A stretch of DNA of 64,000 nucleotides from Trueperaceae bacterium (GCA_965214405.1 OZ243956.1:2176001-2240000); one strand, 5' to 3'; positions 48,720 to 59,701 are shown, counted from the first letter of the stretch. Numbers and translations: made by a program. The notes: a model not told the origin generated them from the sequence alone.

Positions 48720-49868
48720 TTAAGGCTTTACCGCTTGCTGCTCGAGCACGGGCAGCGGGTCGACGGGTGTGCCGTCCACGCGTATCTCGAAGTGCAGGTG
48801 CGAACCCGTACTAAAGCCGGTGCTGCCGACCAGCGCGATGATCTCCCCCATCTCAACCGTTTCACCCGCGCCGACCCACAGCTCCGACGCATGGCCGTAG
48901 TAATACTCTTCGTTGCCCGTTTGGATAATGACCAGGTTGCCGTAGCCCGAGCGCCAGCCGCTAAAGGTGACCGTGCCCGCCGTGGCCGCCATGATGGAGT
49001 CACCCGTGTTGCCGTCGATGTCGACGCCCGTGTGGTTGGGCGAGCCGCGGAGCTGGCGGTAGCCAAATTTTGAAGTAACCGCGCCGACGAGCGGCCAGAC
49101 CATGACGACGTCCGCGCCTAACCCAGGCGTCCCCGTGGTCGCGGGTAAAAGGTCTGCTGCCGCCACGACGTGAAGCTTTTGCCCGACGAACAATTTTGTG
49201 CTCCGCAGGTTGTTCGCCGCCATGAGCGCCGATACCGTGGTGTTATGGCGCGCCGCAATGACCGAAAGCGATTCTCCCGCGGCCACGGTGACGGCGGGTG
49301 CCGCCGCGCCCCCCTGATCGGCGGTAGAGGCGTCCGCGTAGCGTCCGGGGATGAGCAGCGTGTCGCCCGGTTGCAACACTTTGCTCTTGCTGAGGCCGTT
49401 GGCACTGCTCAACGTCGCCAAATTGACCTCGTATTCGGCGGCGATGGCCCAGAGGGTATCGCCCGGTTTTACGGTGATCGTGAGCGGCTGGGGCGGCGCA
49501 ACGTCGCCCGACGCCTTGAGCAAGAGGACCTGCCCCACGCTGAGCCCCGAGCCGTTGAGCCCGTTGAGCGCGATAAGGTCGTCGACCGACAGATCAAAAG
49601 CGGTCGCCACGTCGTAAAGCGTGTCGCCCGCCTTGACCGTGTACTGCGTGGGCTGTGCGTCGTCCGGAATTTTCAGGATGGCGCCCGGAATGAGGTCTTG
49701 CCCTGTGAGGCCGTTCGTGTTCAAGATGGCGTCCACGGTGGTGTTGTAACGTTCCGCGAGGCTCCAGAGGGTGTCTCCCGCTTTGACCGTGATCTCGAGG
49801 CTCTGGGCGGCGGTAACGGAGAGCGCGAGGACGGGCAAAAGGATATACAGCAGACGCGACAAAGACAT
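48720..49868 (-). CDS. Four-LysM plus M23 peptidase
   Basis: Four V..GDTL-type LysM repeats, HTGVD, STGSHLHFE. Confidence 0.93.
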   Translation of the reverse strand: MSLSRLLYILLPVLALSVTAAQSLEITVKAGDTLWSLAERYNTTVDAILNTNGLTGQDLIPGAILKIPDDAQPTQYTVKAGDTLYDVATAFDLSVDDLIALNGLNGSGLSVGQVLLLKASGDVAPPQPLTITVKPGDTLWAIAAEYEVNLATLSSANGLSKSKVLQPGDTLLIPGRYADASTADQGGAAAPAVTVAAGESLSVIAARHNTTVSALMAANNLRSTKLFVGQKLHVVAAADLLPATTGTPGLGADVVMVWPLVGAVTSKFGYRQLRGSPNHTGVDIDGNTGDSIMAATAGTVTFSGWRSGYGNLVIIQTGNEEYYYGHASELWVGAGETVEMGEIIALVGSTGFSTGSHLHFEIRVDGTPVDPLPVLEQQAVKP

Positions 49869-50317
49869 TGTGAGGCACTGTAACAAAAAATTTCACAGCG
49901 CAACTTAATGAAATTGGGTATAATCTCACGACTTGCTCATGTGAAAAAATTTATATACAGTGGAGTTTTTCATACTCTTTTTACTGGCCTTACACATCTT
50001 ACCCGAAACAAAAGAGGCTGTCCAGAGACTCGGACATCCGGTTTTACGAGCTTTTGGCGGGACAGCCCCGTGTGCAGGCGGGTTCAAAGCACAGAAAGTA
50101 AGTATTGGCGTGGGGCAGCCACTTTCCCAAATCAAAAACGGCTCTTTCACGTATGAGCGGGAACTGTTCAGTGAAAATTATGTAGGTGTTAGCGAACCCA
50201 CAGGGGCGCTGTGCGACTTTATAACAAGTGAAAGCGCCCCACGCCGTTATAATGGCCTCTAGATTTTGTCCTGCCCAGGGGGATAAACGTGGAAAATGTT
50301 CAAATGGCAAACGAAAT

Positions 50318-51700
50318 ATGAACCAACAAGAGGCGGTCGCCGCACCCTTACGTTACCTGCCCCCCTTTGTCCGTGAACGCGTTGAGCGTCGCCCACAGCT
50401 TCTAAAGATTTTATCGAACATGAGCTGGCTCTTTTTTGATCACCTCCTTAGGGTGGTGCTGGGTCTTCTGATAGGAGCCTGGGTGGCTCGCTACTTAGGC
50501 AAGGAGGATTTCGGGCTTCTCAACTACGCCACGACGTTTGTTGCGCTCTTCGGCGCCTTTACCACCCTGGGCCTGACCGATATCGTTATACGCGACATCG
50601 TCAAGGAACCCTCGGCCAAAGAGGAAATTTTGGGCACGGCCTTTTGGCTGAGACTCCTTGGCAGCGTTTTCGTGGTGATCATGAGCGTGGTGATCGTATC
50701 TTTTTTGAGGCCGGGGGACGTGCTGGCGCGTTGGCTGGTCGCTATTATCTCGGTCTCAACCATTTTTCAGTCGTGGCTCGTTATAGACCTGTGGTTTCAG
50801 TCGCAGGTCCGCTCGAAGTACACGGTGTGGTCAAAGAGCACCGCGTATGTTCTCGCCAACATTTTCAAGGTTGCCGCGATACTGCTCGGGGCACCCGTCG
50901 TATACTTCGCCGTTGCTCTGCTCTTAGAAGTCGTCCTCACCGCTGTCGGGCTGGCTTTCAACTATAGAAGGAGGGGTCACAGCTTCAAGGCTTGGCGCCC
51001 GAGTATAACGCGCGCCAAGCACCTGCTGAGCGACAGTTGGCCGCTCGCGCTCTCGAGCCTGATGGTCCTCATCTACATGCGCGTCGACGTCATCATGCTG
51101 GGGGAAATGTCCGGGGACGCGGCAGTAGGCATTTATACGTCCGTTTCTCGGCTGGTGGACTACAGCGCTTTCGTCCCTCTCGTGATCGCCTCGTCGCTCT
51201 TTCCGGCGCTCGTCAAGAGCAAGGAGAAGGGCGTGAAAATATATACGGAGCGTTTGCAGCAGTTTTACGACGTAAACGCCGCCATAGCCTACGGGATCAT
51301 CCTCGTTGCTGTGCCTCTGGCACCCATGTTCATTCTGGGCCTGTACGGGCAAGGCTACGCCGCCGCGACGCCTATTTTCGTCATCTACATTTGGGCCAAC
51401 TTGTTTTCGTACATCGCCATCGCCCGGAGTAGACAGCTCTTAAACGACGGCCTCCTAAAGTTTTCCCTCGTGACCTCGGCGTTGGGCGTGATTATCAACG
51501 TGGGGATCAATCTCCTTCTCATTCCCCAATATGAGGGTGTGGGCGCCGCTATCGCAACCGTTGCGGCGCAGGTAGGGGCGGGTTACCTTTCTTCCTTGCT
51601 CCTGCTAAGGCGGAGCAATGCCTGGACGTTGCAAACCAAAGCCCTCCTGATCCCGCTAAGGTATCTGCTCCTCGGCCTACGGTATCTTGGCAAACATTAG
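50318..51700 (+). CDS. Wzx-type oligosaccharide flippase
   Basis: VARYLG..FG, Y.RVD.IML, VGIY, LIP.Y..VGAA.AT; many TM helices. Confidence 0.9.
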   Translation: MNQQEAVAAPLRYLPPFVRERVERRPQLLKILSNMSWLFFDHLLRVVLGLLIGAWVARYLGKEDFGLLNYATTFVALFGAFTTLGLTDIVIRDIVKEPSAKEEILGTAFWLRLLGSVFVVIMSVVIVSFLRPGDVLARWLVAIISVSTIFQSWLVIDLWFQSQVRSKYTVWSKSTAYVLANIFKVAAILLGAPVVYFAVALLLEVVLTAVGLAFNYRRRGHSFKAWRPSITRAKHLLSDSWPLALSSLMVLIYMRVDVIMLGEMSGDAAVGIYTSVSRLVDYSAFVPLVIASSLFPALVKSKEKGVKIYTERLQQFYDVNAAIAYGIILVAVPLAPMFILGLYGQGYAAATPIFVIYIWANLFSYIAIARSRQLLNDGLLKFSLVTSALGVIINVGINLLLIPQYEGVGAAIATVAAQVGAGYLSSLLLLRRSNAWTLQTKALLIPLRYLLLGLRYLGKH

Positions 51701-52085
51701 CCGACGGTCCAGCCCGCAGTTTAGCCCGCCGTCTAGCCCACCGTCTAGCCCGCAGTGCCGCTGCAAGGGCCTCCTCCGAAAGGCAACTCGTGCATTTGAC
51801 TCTTGTACCGAATTAAGTCGAGGGAGATTTGGCGACAAGGTCTATAGATTCTACACATGCGCCTGAACGCTATTTTGGCAAGCCAGAATAAAGGATACCC
51901 CAGCGTGAGTCCTTGATATTTGCCAGCCGTCCATGAAGATTCATCCGTAATTGAGTTGTGGTTTGCGGAAGCCGGGTCCGCCACAAAGTGGGGCTTCTTA
52001 CTTAGGCTGTACCTGGTACCGGGTCTGTATCCAATACCGGGGACTTCGAGAAAGGATGTAGTAGATTCTACACTATGGTGATGAT

Positions 52086-53039
52086 ATGCGTATGAGTTAT
52101 AGGAGTGTAGCCGATCTGAATGAGCAGGTTGTGAGCCTAGCAACCCGGCTCCCTAGAGACGTGGAGGTGGTGGTCGGTATACCGCGCAGCGGGTTGCTGC
52201 CCGCTAGCCTACTGGCTCTACACCTCAACCTTCCTCTCACGGACGTGGAGGGGTTGGTGGAGGGCCGACTTTTCTCCGGGGGGTTCCGGGTCAAGCAAAA
52301 ACAGGCGAGCGACCTTCTTGCCACCAAACGAAACGTTTTGATAGTAGACGACAGCGTAGGGGCGGGCAACCAACTGAGGGCCACCAAAAAGGAACTGGTT
52401 GAGGCGAGGCTTCCGCATATCCTTCGTTACGCAACCGTCTATATGATGCCGGGGTCCGAAGAGGTTGTTGATTTCTTTTGCGAACACGTGCCCTATCCTC
52501 GAGTGTTCGAGTGGAACCTCATGCATCACGGGCAGTTGTCCATGAGCTGCATGGTCACAGAGGGCGTGCTGTACCGTGAGCCCTCGCCCGAAGAGCGTAG
52601 TGATGAAACGGCCTTCGCGGCGTTTCTCGCGCGTGCGGACCCGCTCCATCTGCCTACCAAGCGCGTAGGCTGGCTCGTCGCGTGCCAGCCCGAAACGTAC
52701 CGCGCGCCCATTCAGGCGTGGCTCGCCCGCCACAGAGTCGGTTACGAAGAGCTCATCATGATGAAGCCCGCTGACGAGGCCCAACTCGCGGCGCAATGTA
52801 CAGCCTACAAAACGAAAGTCTATAAAAAGACCGGCGCGCGCCTCCTTATCGAGCCCTCGCTGCAGCACGCCATCGGCGTCGCCAAGGAGGCGGAAAAACC
52901 CGTGTTCTGTACCGAAACGAGAGAAATGATCTATCCCGAAAGTCAACCCAGGAGCCTACTCAAGAAAAGCCGCTTAGACTACGCCGTCACGACCGCCAGG
53001 GTCAAGGTACAGAGAAAACTCCGCGGCTTGTTTGGGTAG
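52086..53039 (+). CDS. Phosphoribosyltransferase fused to a HAD-like domain
   Basis: VVGIPRSG and PRPP-binding loop VLIVDDSVGAG; C-terminal Rossmannoid domain. Confidence 0.72.
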   Translation: MRMSYRSVADLNEQVVSLATRLPRDVEVVVGIPRSGLLPASLLALHLNLPLTDVEGLVEGRLFSGGFRVKQKQASDLLATKRNVLIVDDSVGAGNQLRATKKELVEARLPHILRYATVYMMPGSEEVVDFFCEHVPYPRVFEWNLMHHGQLSMSCMVTEGVLYREPSPEERSDETAFAAFLARADPLHLPTKRVGWLVACQPETYRAPIQAWLARHRVGYEELIMMKPADEAQLAAQCTAYKTKVYKKTGARLLIEPSLQHAIGVAKEAEKPVFCTETREMIYPESQPRSLLKKSRLDYAVTTARVKVQRKLRGLFG

Positions 53040-53175
53040 TAAAACCGCCCACATGATACGCGTCACTGCGCCCCTGACCTTTTTCCTTTAGATTGGTTTT
53101 AAGCAGTCCGCACTTCGCGTCAGGTATAAAGAGTGTCAGGTGTAAAAAGTGTCAGGTATAAAGAAAGGTCGCAAG

Positions 53176-54309
53176 ATGACTAGGCCACTCGTAAGCATTA
53201 TCATCGACAACTACAACTACGCCCGCTTTCTAAATGAAGCTATCGAGAGTGCACTTAGCCAGGCTTACGCCAACACAGAGGTGATCGTGGTAGACGACGG
53301 CTCTACCGACCATTCTCGAGAGGTGATTGAGGCGTTCGGCGACCAAATCGTTTCTGTTTTCAAGGAGAACGGCGGTCAGGCTTCGGCGTTTAACGCAGGC
53401 TTCGCGCGGAGCCGCGGCGAGATCGTCATGTTCCTAGACTCCGACGACCTGCTCTATCCGAATGCGGCGGCGCGCGTTGCGGAAGCTTATGAGGCCCGCG
53501 CGGACGGCTACACGAAGTTTCAGTTTAGACTGCGGCTCTGTGACCAACAGTCTCTCCCCCTGGCCGACACCCATCCCCTGCAAAAAGAGGAAATGCCCAA
53601 CGGCGACGTGTCCCAAACGCTGCTTTTGACGGGGAAGTACACCTCTCCACCCACCAGCGGCAACGCCTTTGCACGGTCTTTTTTGGGCGATATTATGCCC
53701 ATGCCAGAAGCGCCCTACCGTTCGGGAGCCGACGGAGGGTACTTAGTGCCTCTCGCGGCCTTACACGGGAACATTTACTCGATCGACGAGGAGCTAGGTA
53801 TGTACCGCATTCACGGGAACAACGGCTTCTTTTTACACACATCCACCGTTTCCACCATCAATAAAAAGTGGTTCGCCCGCAACGTGACGCGCGATATCCT
53901 TAAGTCGTCGCTGCTCTTAGAAAACGCCAAGGCGTTGGGCCTACCCGCGCAAGGTGATCCGACGCTCCGAAGCGCCTACTCGATGACCAACCGGCTGGCC
54001 TCTCTGAGGCTTAACGGTCGTCAACACCCTGCCCCGTCCGACACCGTGTGGGGTCTCCTTTTCAAATGTTTACGCGCCGAGTGGCGGTACGCCGACGAAA
54101 GCGTTGTCAAGAAGCTGCTGGTGAGTCTATGGTTTTTTGTGGTGGCTTTCTCTCCTGTGCAGGTGGTGCAAGATATCATTCCGTGGCGCTTTATTCACAA
54201 CTCTCGTCCTAAATTTTATAGTAAGCTACTCCAATTGCCCGAGCGGCTCGCTTCTTTTAGAGGCGCAAAATCCAAATCTAAGCTCCGGCAGGTGCATGAG
54301 CACGAATAG
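53176..54309 (+). CDS. GT2 glycosyltransferase
   Basis: VSIII.NYN, VVDDGSTD, FLDSDD, YRIHG.N. Confidence 0.9.
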   Translation: MTRPLVSIIIDNYNYARFLNEAIESALSQAYANTEVIVVDDGSTDHSREVIEAFGDQIVSVFKENGGQASAFNAGFARSRGEIVMFLDSDDLLYPNAAARVAEAYEARADGYTKFQFRLRLCDQQSLPLADTHPLQKEEMPNGDVSQTLLLTGKYTSPPTSGNAFARSFLGDIMPMPEAPYRSGADGGYLVPLAALHGNIYSIDEELGMYRIHGNNGFFLHTSTVSTINKKWFARNVTRDILKSSLLLENAKALGLPAQGDPTLRSAYSMTNRLASLRLNGRQHPAPSDTVWGLLFKCLRAEWRYADESVVKKLLVSLWFFVVAFSPVQVVQDIIPWRFIHNSRPKFYSKLLQLPERLASFRGAKSKSKLRQVHEHE

Positions 54310-54373
54310 TCCGAGTCGTTTGCTCCTGAGTTGTAAAGAGGTAAAAGGTGTATAAGAGGGTGTACCCAAACGT

Positions 54374-55525
54374 ATGAAAGAACCTCTAAAGGTCGCCTGG
54401 CTTCAGACGGTCATCCCGAGTTACCGGGTGCCTTTTTTGAAAAGGCTGGCCCAAAAAGAACAAGTCACCGTCGTTTGCTTTCATGGCGAAGGCAACAAGG
54501 GTCACAGCGTTCAGTCGGTGGGCCAGGAGCTCCCGGTAGAGAGCTTTTGGACCCGCAACTATTTCTGGCCTTTTGGCGGCTCCCGGGTGATGTGGCAGTC
54601 CGGCCTGCGGACGCTGCTCGGCGGGCGCTTCGACGTCGCTGTCTGTTCGGAGATCGTCCACAACGCGGTCGTCTGGGTTTTGTGGGGGCTCAGGAACGTG
54701 ACCGGGCTCAGGCTGGTGCTCCTGGGGTACGGCTACCGCCCTCAAATGACAGGAAGAGTCGTAAGTACACTGCGCGACAGGGCGCGGATGGTGTTACTGA
54801 GATCTGCGGACGCGATTATTGTGTATACCGAACGCGGGCGAGACGAATGTGTGGCCGCGGGGCTGCCGGAAGAAAAAATTTTTGTCAGCAAAAACACCGT
54901 GGATACGGAGCTGTTGATGGAGGTGGGCGAACGGGTTTGCCCCGAAGACTTAGAGGCCGTCCGAGAGAAGCACGATCTAAGTTGCCCGGTGCTTCTCTAC
55001 GTGGGTCGACTCCTGCCGGTCAAGCGTCCGGACGTTTTAATCGAGGCGGTGCGCACGCTCAACCAGCAAAGCGTGCCGTGTCGTCTTCTCATCATAGGAG
55101 ACGGTCATATGCGCGAGGCGCTGGAGGCGCAGGCCAGAGAGCTCCCGAACGTATCTTTCTTGGGTGCCATCTTTGAAGAAGAGGAGTTGGCCAAATATTT
55201 TTTGGTTTCAGATCTTTTGGTCATCCCCGGTCGCGTGGGCTTGACCTGCGTTCACGGCTTTGCCTACGGCGTACCTGTACTCACGTCGCAAGACGATGTG
55301 GAGCAAAGCCCCGAATACGACTACATTGTCGACGGCGAGAACGGCTTTTTAATTAAAGAGCCAAACGCCGGGCTCTACGCCGAGGCTATTAAACGTACGC
55401 TTCAGAATGGCGCAGTGTTGGCTCAACTCAAGGCTGGGGCCAAACGCTCTGCGAGCGCTCTAAGCATGAGCCAGATGGTCGACCAATTCGTGTCCGCAGT
55501 TCGTTACGCGGCGGGAGGCCGGTAG
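54374..55525 (+). CDS. GT4 glycosyltransferase
   Basis: YVGRL...K, IIGDG, GVPV, DGENG. Confidence 0.9.
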   Translation: MKEPLKVAWLQTVIPSYRVPFLKRLAQKEQVTVVCFHGEGNKGHSVQSVGQELPVESFWTRNYFWPFGGSRVMWQSGLRTLLGGRFDVAVCSEIVHNAVVWVLWGLRNVTGLRLVLLGYGYRPQMTGRVVSTLRDRARMVLLRSADAIIVYTERGRDECVAAGLPEEKIFVSKNTVDTELLMEVGERVCPEDLEAVREKHDLSCPVLLYVGRLLPVKRPDVLIEAVRTLNQQSVPCRLLIIGDGHMREALEAQARELPNVSFLGAIFEEEELAKYFLVSDLLVIPGRVGLTCVHGFAYGVPVLTSQDDVEQSPEYDYIVDGENGFLIKEPNAGLYAEAIKRTLQNGAVLAQLKAGAKRSASALSMSQMVDQFVSAVRYAAGGR

Positions 55526-55575
55526 TGCGGCGCACGTAAGCCGGGTCAACCGCTACGGGTACGGTGCCAACCGCT

Positions 55576-55649
55576 TCACAACAACAGAACCTCACAGCAA
55601 CAGAGCCTCACAGCAACAGAGCCTCACAGCAACAGAGCCTCACAACAGA
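55576..55649. repeat. 16-bp intergenic tandem repeat (3 perfect plus 2 imperfect copies)
   Basis: CTCACAGCAACAGAGC at 55591, 55607 and 55623. Confidence 0.95.
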
Positions 55650-55684
55650 TCCAAGTCAGTTTAAAGACTAAGGTAGGCCACGAT

Positions 55685-57103
55685 ATGAGAAAAACTCAAA
55701 GAAGCCCGGCACCCATAACCTTTTGGTTCGGGGCCTCCACAGTGGTGGCCGTTTTTACCGTGACCTACGCGGTTGTTATGGGGTACTGGTGGCTGGGCTT
55801 GCTCCTTACGCTTGGGGTGTTTACGGTTCACCTCGTTGCCCCCGCAACAAGCCTTGTGAGGAGCTTTCTAAGCTCTATCGACCGTCTAAGCGTCGCGTGG
55901 TTGCTGGCGTTGACGGCTACCCTCTCAATCAACACGCTGACGCCCGACCAAATCTTTTCCGGAAGCCTGGGAGCGGCGCAGATGATACGCTTCGGCCTCC
56001 TCACGGTGGCCTTGCTGCTGGTTCTTCCTAACTTGTATAGGTGGTTCAGTGGGGAGCGCGGCTTATGGTTTGGCGGTGTCAGCAAGCATTATTTGGCCTA
56101 TGTGGGGGTTGCCCTTCTCTCAACCATCTGGTCCGTCGGCAGGATCGCCACGGCAGGCAAAGTGTTTGAGTTGACGGTCGCGCTCCTTGTTGTTTTCGCC
56201 ACAGCGGCGCAGCCTGAGGCGGAGGGGCGGCTCAAAAGGTTGTTCTTCTTGACGCTGAGCTTCGCCGCCGTTCTACTTTTCATATCCTTGGTCGGTTACT
56301 TTGTCTCCCCCGAAAATTTTAGACAGTACCTGTGGGTGAGTGACAGCTACCGCATGAGGGGGGGGTTCACCTCGCTGACCTCGAACGTCATCGCTCGGCT
56401 CGGCGCCGTTATAGCGCTCTCTGCTCTGGCGTTTTCTATAGAACGCGGCCTGTCCTTGCTCGAGCGCTTTTTGGCGCTTACGGTCGTCGGTTTCGGCTGT
56501 CTTTTCCCGGTACTGGCGGAGGGGCGAACCGGTCTGGCCGCCCTTTTGCTCGGCGCTTTGGTGCTCGTTCTGGTGAGACGGCCCTTGCTCAGCCTTCTCT
56601 TTTTGCCCGTTGGCGCCTATGTGGTGGCAGATTATCTGGACACCTTCCTAGAGTTTTTTAAGCGCGGGCAGAACGACGAGCTCTTTTTGAGCCTGACAGG
56701 CCGCGTCGGCTGGTGGGCAGCGGGCTGGCAATCGTTTCTGCAGCAGCCGCTCACCGGTTACGGTTTCGGCGTCGGCTCGAGGGTGGTTTTTACCGACCTG
56801 GGAAGAGCCGGTACGGCGTATATCCATAACGGCTTTCTGGAAGTGGCGTTGGGCGTCGGGATCATCGGCTTCGCCCTATGGTTCGTCATGCTGCTACGGT
56901 GGATCCTTGGCGTGAGCCGCAAACTTTTGGCGGGGCGGGAATCACCCATCTACAGCTACGCTGTGCCTATACTCTTTGCCACCGTACTAAATTCGGGCGC
57001 GGGCGACTGGTTCTCCATAGAACTCGGCTTGTTTATCATTATTATGGTGCTTCTAGATCGGCAGAACGCTTCCGGGCCTCTAAAGGTGGGCGGAAAGCCG
57101 TGA
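55685..57103 (+). CDS. O-antigen ligase / Wzy-like polymerase
   Basis: GRTG, SLTGR..W, PLTGYG, HNG.L....GVG..G. Confidence 0.85.
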   Translation: MRKTQRSPAPITFWFGASTVVAVFTVTYAVVMGYWWLGLLLTLGVFTVHLVAPATSLVRSFLSSIDRLSVAWLLALTATLSINTLTPDQIFSGSLGAAQMIRFGLLTVALLLVLPNLYRWFSGERGLWFGGVSKHYLAYVGVALLSTIWSVGRIATAGKVFELTVALLVVFATAAQPEAEGRLKRLFFLTLSFAAVLLFISLVGYFVSPENFRQYLWVSDSYRMRGGFTSLTSNVIARLGAVIALSALAFSIERGLSLLERFLALTVVGFGCLFPVLAEGRTGLAALLLGALVLVLVRRPLLSLLFLPVGAYVVADYLDTFLEFFKRGQNDELFLSLTGRVGWWAAGWQSFLQQPLTGYGFGVGSRVVFTDLGRAGTAYIHNGFLEVALGVGIIGFALWFVMLLRWILGVSRKLLAGRESPIYSYAVPILFATVLNSGAGDWFSIELGLFIIIMVLLDRQNASGPLKVGGKP

Positions 57104-58260
57104 GAATCGTTCTTGTTCATAACTACTACCAACAGCCCGGCGGAGAGGATGAGGTGTTCGCCGCCGAGGGCCGACTCCTCGAAAGGTACGGTCATCAGGT
57201 GTACCGCCACACCGTTCATAACGACGAGGTGTCACATTACGGCAAAGCCGCGCTAGCCAAGGCCACGATTTGGAACAGCGCCAGTTACGAACAGCTTCGC
57301 ACCATCTTACGGCGAGAACGCGCGCAGGTGGTTCACATTCATAACACCTTGCCGCTCATTTCTCCCGCCGCTTACTACGCAGCGAAAGCCGAGGGCGTCG
57401 CCGTTGTGCAGACGCTTCACAACTACCGCCTGCTCTGCCCGGCCGCGACCTTCCGCCGTGACGGTCACGTGTGTGAGGATTGTCTCGGCAAGACGCCCTG
57501 GCCCGGCGTCGTCCACGCTTGCTACCGGGACAGCTACGCGGCGAGCGGCGTGCTCGCTTCCATGCTAACGTACCACCGCGCCCGCCGGACTTGGGACGCG
57601 GCGGTCGATGTTTACATAGCCCTCACGGAGTTCGCAAAAGAAAAGTTTGTCGAGGGCGGAATGCCTGAGGCGAAAATCGTTGTTAAACCCAATTTTCTTG
57701 ACTCGGACTTGAGCGCGTTTGGAAAGAGAGAAGACTACGCGCTCTTTGTAGGACGCCTCTCGGAAGAGAAAGGGCTGTCGGTTTTGCTTTCCGCGTGGCG
57801 CACGCTCGGCGCGCGTGTTCCCCTTAAGATTGTAGGCGACGGCCCGCTCGCTCCGGAGGTGGAGAAGGCGGCCAAGGAAACACCCGGCGTCATGTGGCTC
57901 GGTCGCCAGCCGAGGGAAGAGGTACTGAACCTCATGAGCCGCGCCTACATGCTTGTGTTCCCCTCGGTGTGGTACGAAGGCTTTCCCATGACCTTAGTCG
58001 AGGCGTTCGCCGCGGGTCTGCCGGTGGTCGCAAGCCGTTTGGGGAGCATGGCGTCCATCATCGACCATAAGCGTACCGGCCTCCACTTTGAACCCGGTGA
58101 CCCCGCGGCGCTCGCGGCGCAAGTCGTGTGGGCTCTGGATCATCCGGCCGAGCTCGAGCACGTGCGCAAACTTGCTCGAGCCGAGTTCGAAGCCAAATAC
58201 ACAGCCGCGGTGAACTACCCACAACTTTTGGGTATCTATGAAAAGGCTTTGTCGGCGTGA
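57100..58260 (+). CDS. GT4 glycosyltransferase
   Basis: HNYYQQPGGE, TLHNYRL.C, VGRLS.EKG, PS.WYEGFP...EA; GTGA overlap gives start at 57100. Confidence 0.92.
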   Translation: MRIVLVHNYYQQPGGEDEVFAAEGRLLERYGHQVYRHTVHNDEVSHYGKAALAKATIWNSASYEQLRTILRRERAQVVHIHNTLPLISPAAYYAAKAEGVAVVQTLHNYRLLCPAATFRRDGHVCEDCLGKTPWPGVVHACYRDSYAASGVLASMLTYHRARRTWDAAVDVYIALTEFAKEKFVEGGMPEAKIVVKPNFLDSDLSAFGKREDYALFVGRLSEEKGLSVLLSAWRTLGARVPLKIVGDGPLAPEVEKAAKETPGVMWLGRQPREEVLNLMSRAYMLVFPSVWYEGFPMTLVEAFAAGLPVVASRLGSMASIIDHKRTGLHFEPGDPAALAAQVVWALDHPAELEHVRKLARAEFEAKYTAAVNYPQLLGIYEKALSA

Positions 58261-58695
58261 GGTGCGGTAACTTGCGGCAGAACATGTTTATCTACAGTAG
58301 AAAAGAACGCCTTCGCGGTTGCTTGGGGTAGAGCCGGGCGCTATTGGTCTCGCTCATGGCCGGAGAGGTTGCCAGGGCGGCGGTGCTCAGATCTCTCACA
58401 GCGTTTTGCACAATAACTGAGGGTATTCAGCGCAGGTATCATCTTACAAACTACGTCCCACACGTTAACTTTCCCCCTGCATCTCCCTCAAACCAGATGC
58501 TATTTGTTATCAGGATATTCATACGCGAGGAGGTACGCCTGCAAAAGGCAGACAAGCCCAACGTGGACTCGGAAGTAAGGGCTTCTTCAGGAGCTGTATC
58601 AGAACGAGGCCTTTTGAAGGCGCTCGTTGGCGGAGAACCGTTATGGGCTGGACTGTGGGTTGGGCGGACGGTGTAGCCGAAGCATGAAGCAAGCA

Positions 58696-59600
58696 CTACA
58701 TCACGGAGCGTTCTTTAACTTCATGAACGCCGAAGCTCTCCCCCAAGGCCAGCTTAGCCGCGTGGAAGCCGCACATGCCGTGGACCCCCCCACCCGGCGG
58801 CGTGGAAGCCGAGCAGAGGTAGACACCCTTCAAAGGCGTCTTGTAAGGCTGAGGCCGCAGCACCGGCCGCTTAAGAAGCTGCACCAAATCCGCCGCCCCG
58901 CCGTTCACGTCACCCCCCACATAGTTGGGGTTGTAAGCCTGCATTTGGGTCGCGTTCATGGTGTGCCTTGCCAGTACCCGCGCTTTGAAACCCGGCGCAA
59001 ACCGCTCCAACTGCGCCTCAACGGCCTCGGTCATGTCACCTTTGGACCCATTGGGCACGTGACAGTACGCCCACAGCGTGTGCTTACCCTCGGGCGCGCG
59101 CGAAGGATCAAAGAGACTCTGCTGAGCCGCTAACACATAAGGACGCGTGGGTGGTATGCCTTGCGACCACTCGCGCTCCGACTGGGCAATCTCCTTTAGG
59201 GTGCCCCCTAAGTGCAGCGTACCCGCGCGCAAACACGCCTCGTCTCCAGGGAATAGGACCGTCCAGCGCATAATCGAGCTTGAACACCCCCGCGCCGTAA
59301 CGGAAACGTTCCAGGTCACGCCGGTAACCCTGTGGCAGCTTTTCCCCCGCAATCGCCAAGTTGCCTCGGGCCTACGTCAAAAAGCGCCGCCTTGGCCTCG
59401 GGTAGGTCCCTAAGCGACCGCACCCGCACCCCCGTATGCACCTTGCCACCCAAGGCGCAAAAGTGCGCAGTGAGCGCGTCCGCTAGGCTCTGCGCGCCAC
59501 CCTTGGGAAAGGGCCAGCCCACCGCGTGACCGAGCGCCGCGAAGAGGAGCGCAAAGGCTGAGGTACCGGCTGCCTCTAGGGGCAAGACTGAGTGCGCCGG
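58696..59600 (-). pseudogene. Phytoene desaturase-like FAD oxidoreductase remnant (5'-truncated, at least two frameshifts)
   Basis: Consecutive family motifs in three frames: GWPFPKGGAQ / FKLDYALDGPIPW / AGTLH..SASTPPGGGVHGMCG. Confidence 0.85.
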
Positions 59601-59701
59601 GGCGTTCGTAAAGCCAGGTAACTTTCTTAAGCACTAAGGGTGGGGCTCCGCCCCCCAAGCTCGAGGCGCAGCGCGCCACCTTACCCCGTGGTATCACGTA
59701 T

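Noticed and set aside
49870..50317. c-di-AMP riboswitch or ops/JUMPstart element between the LysM-M23 gene and wzx, and small ORFs there
   Set aside because: No consensus motifs found; looks like an AT-rich divergent promoter region.
55576..55649. Possible CRISPR array
   Set aside because: Head-to-tail 16-bp units with no spacers and no cas genes; this is a VNTR.
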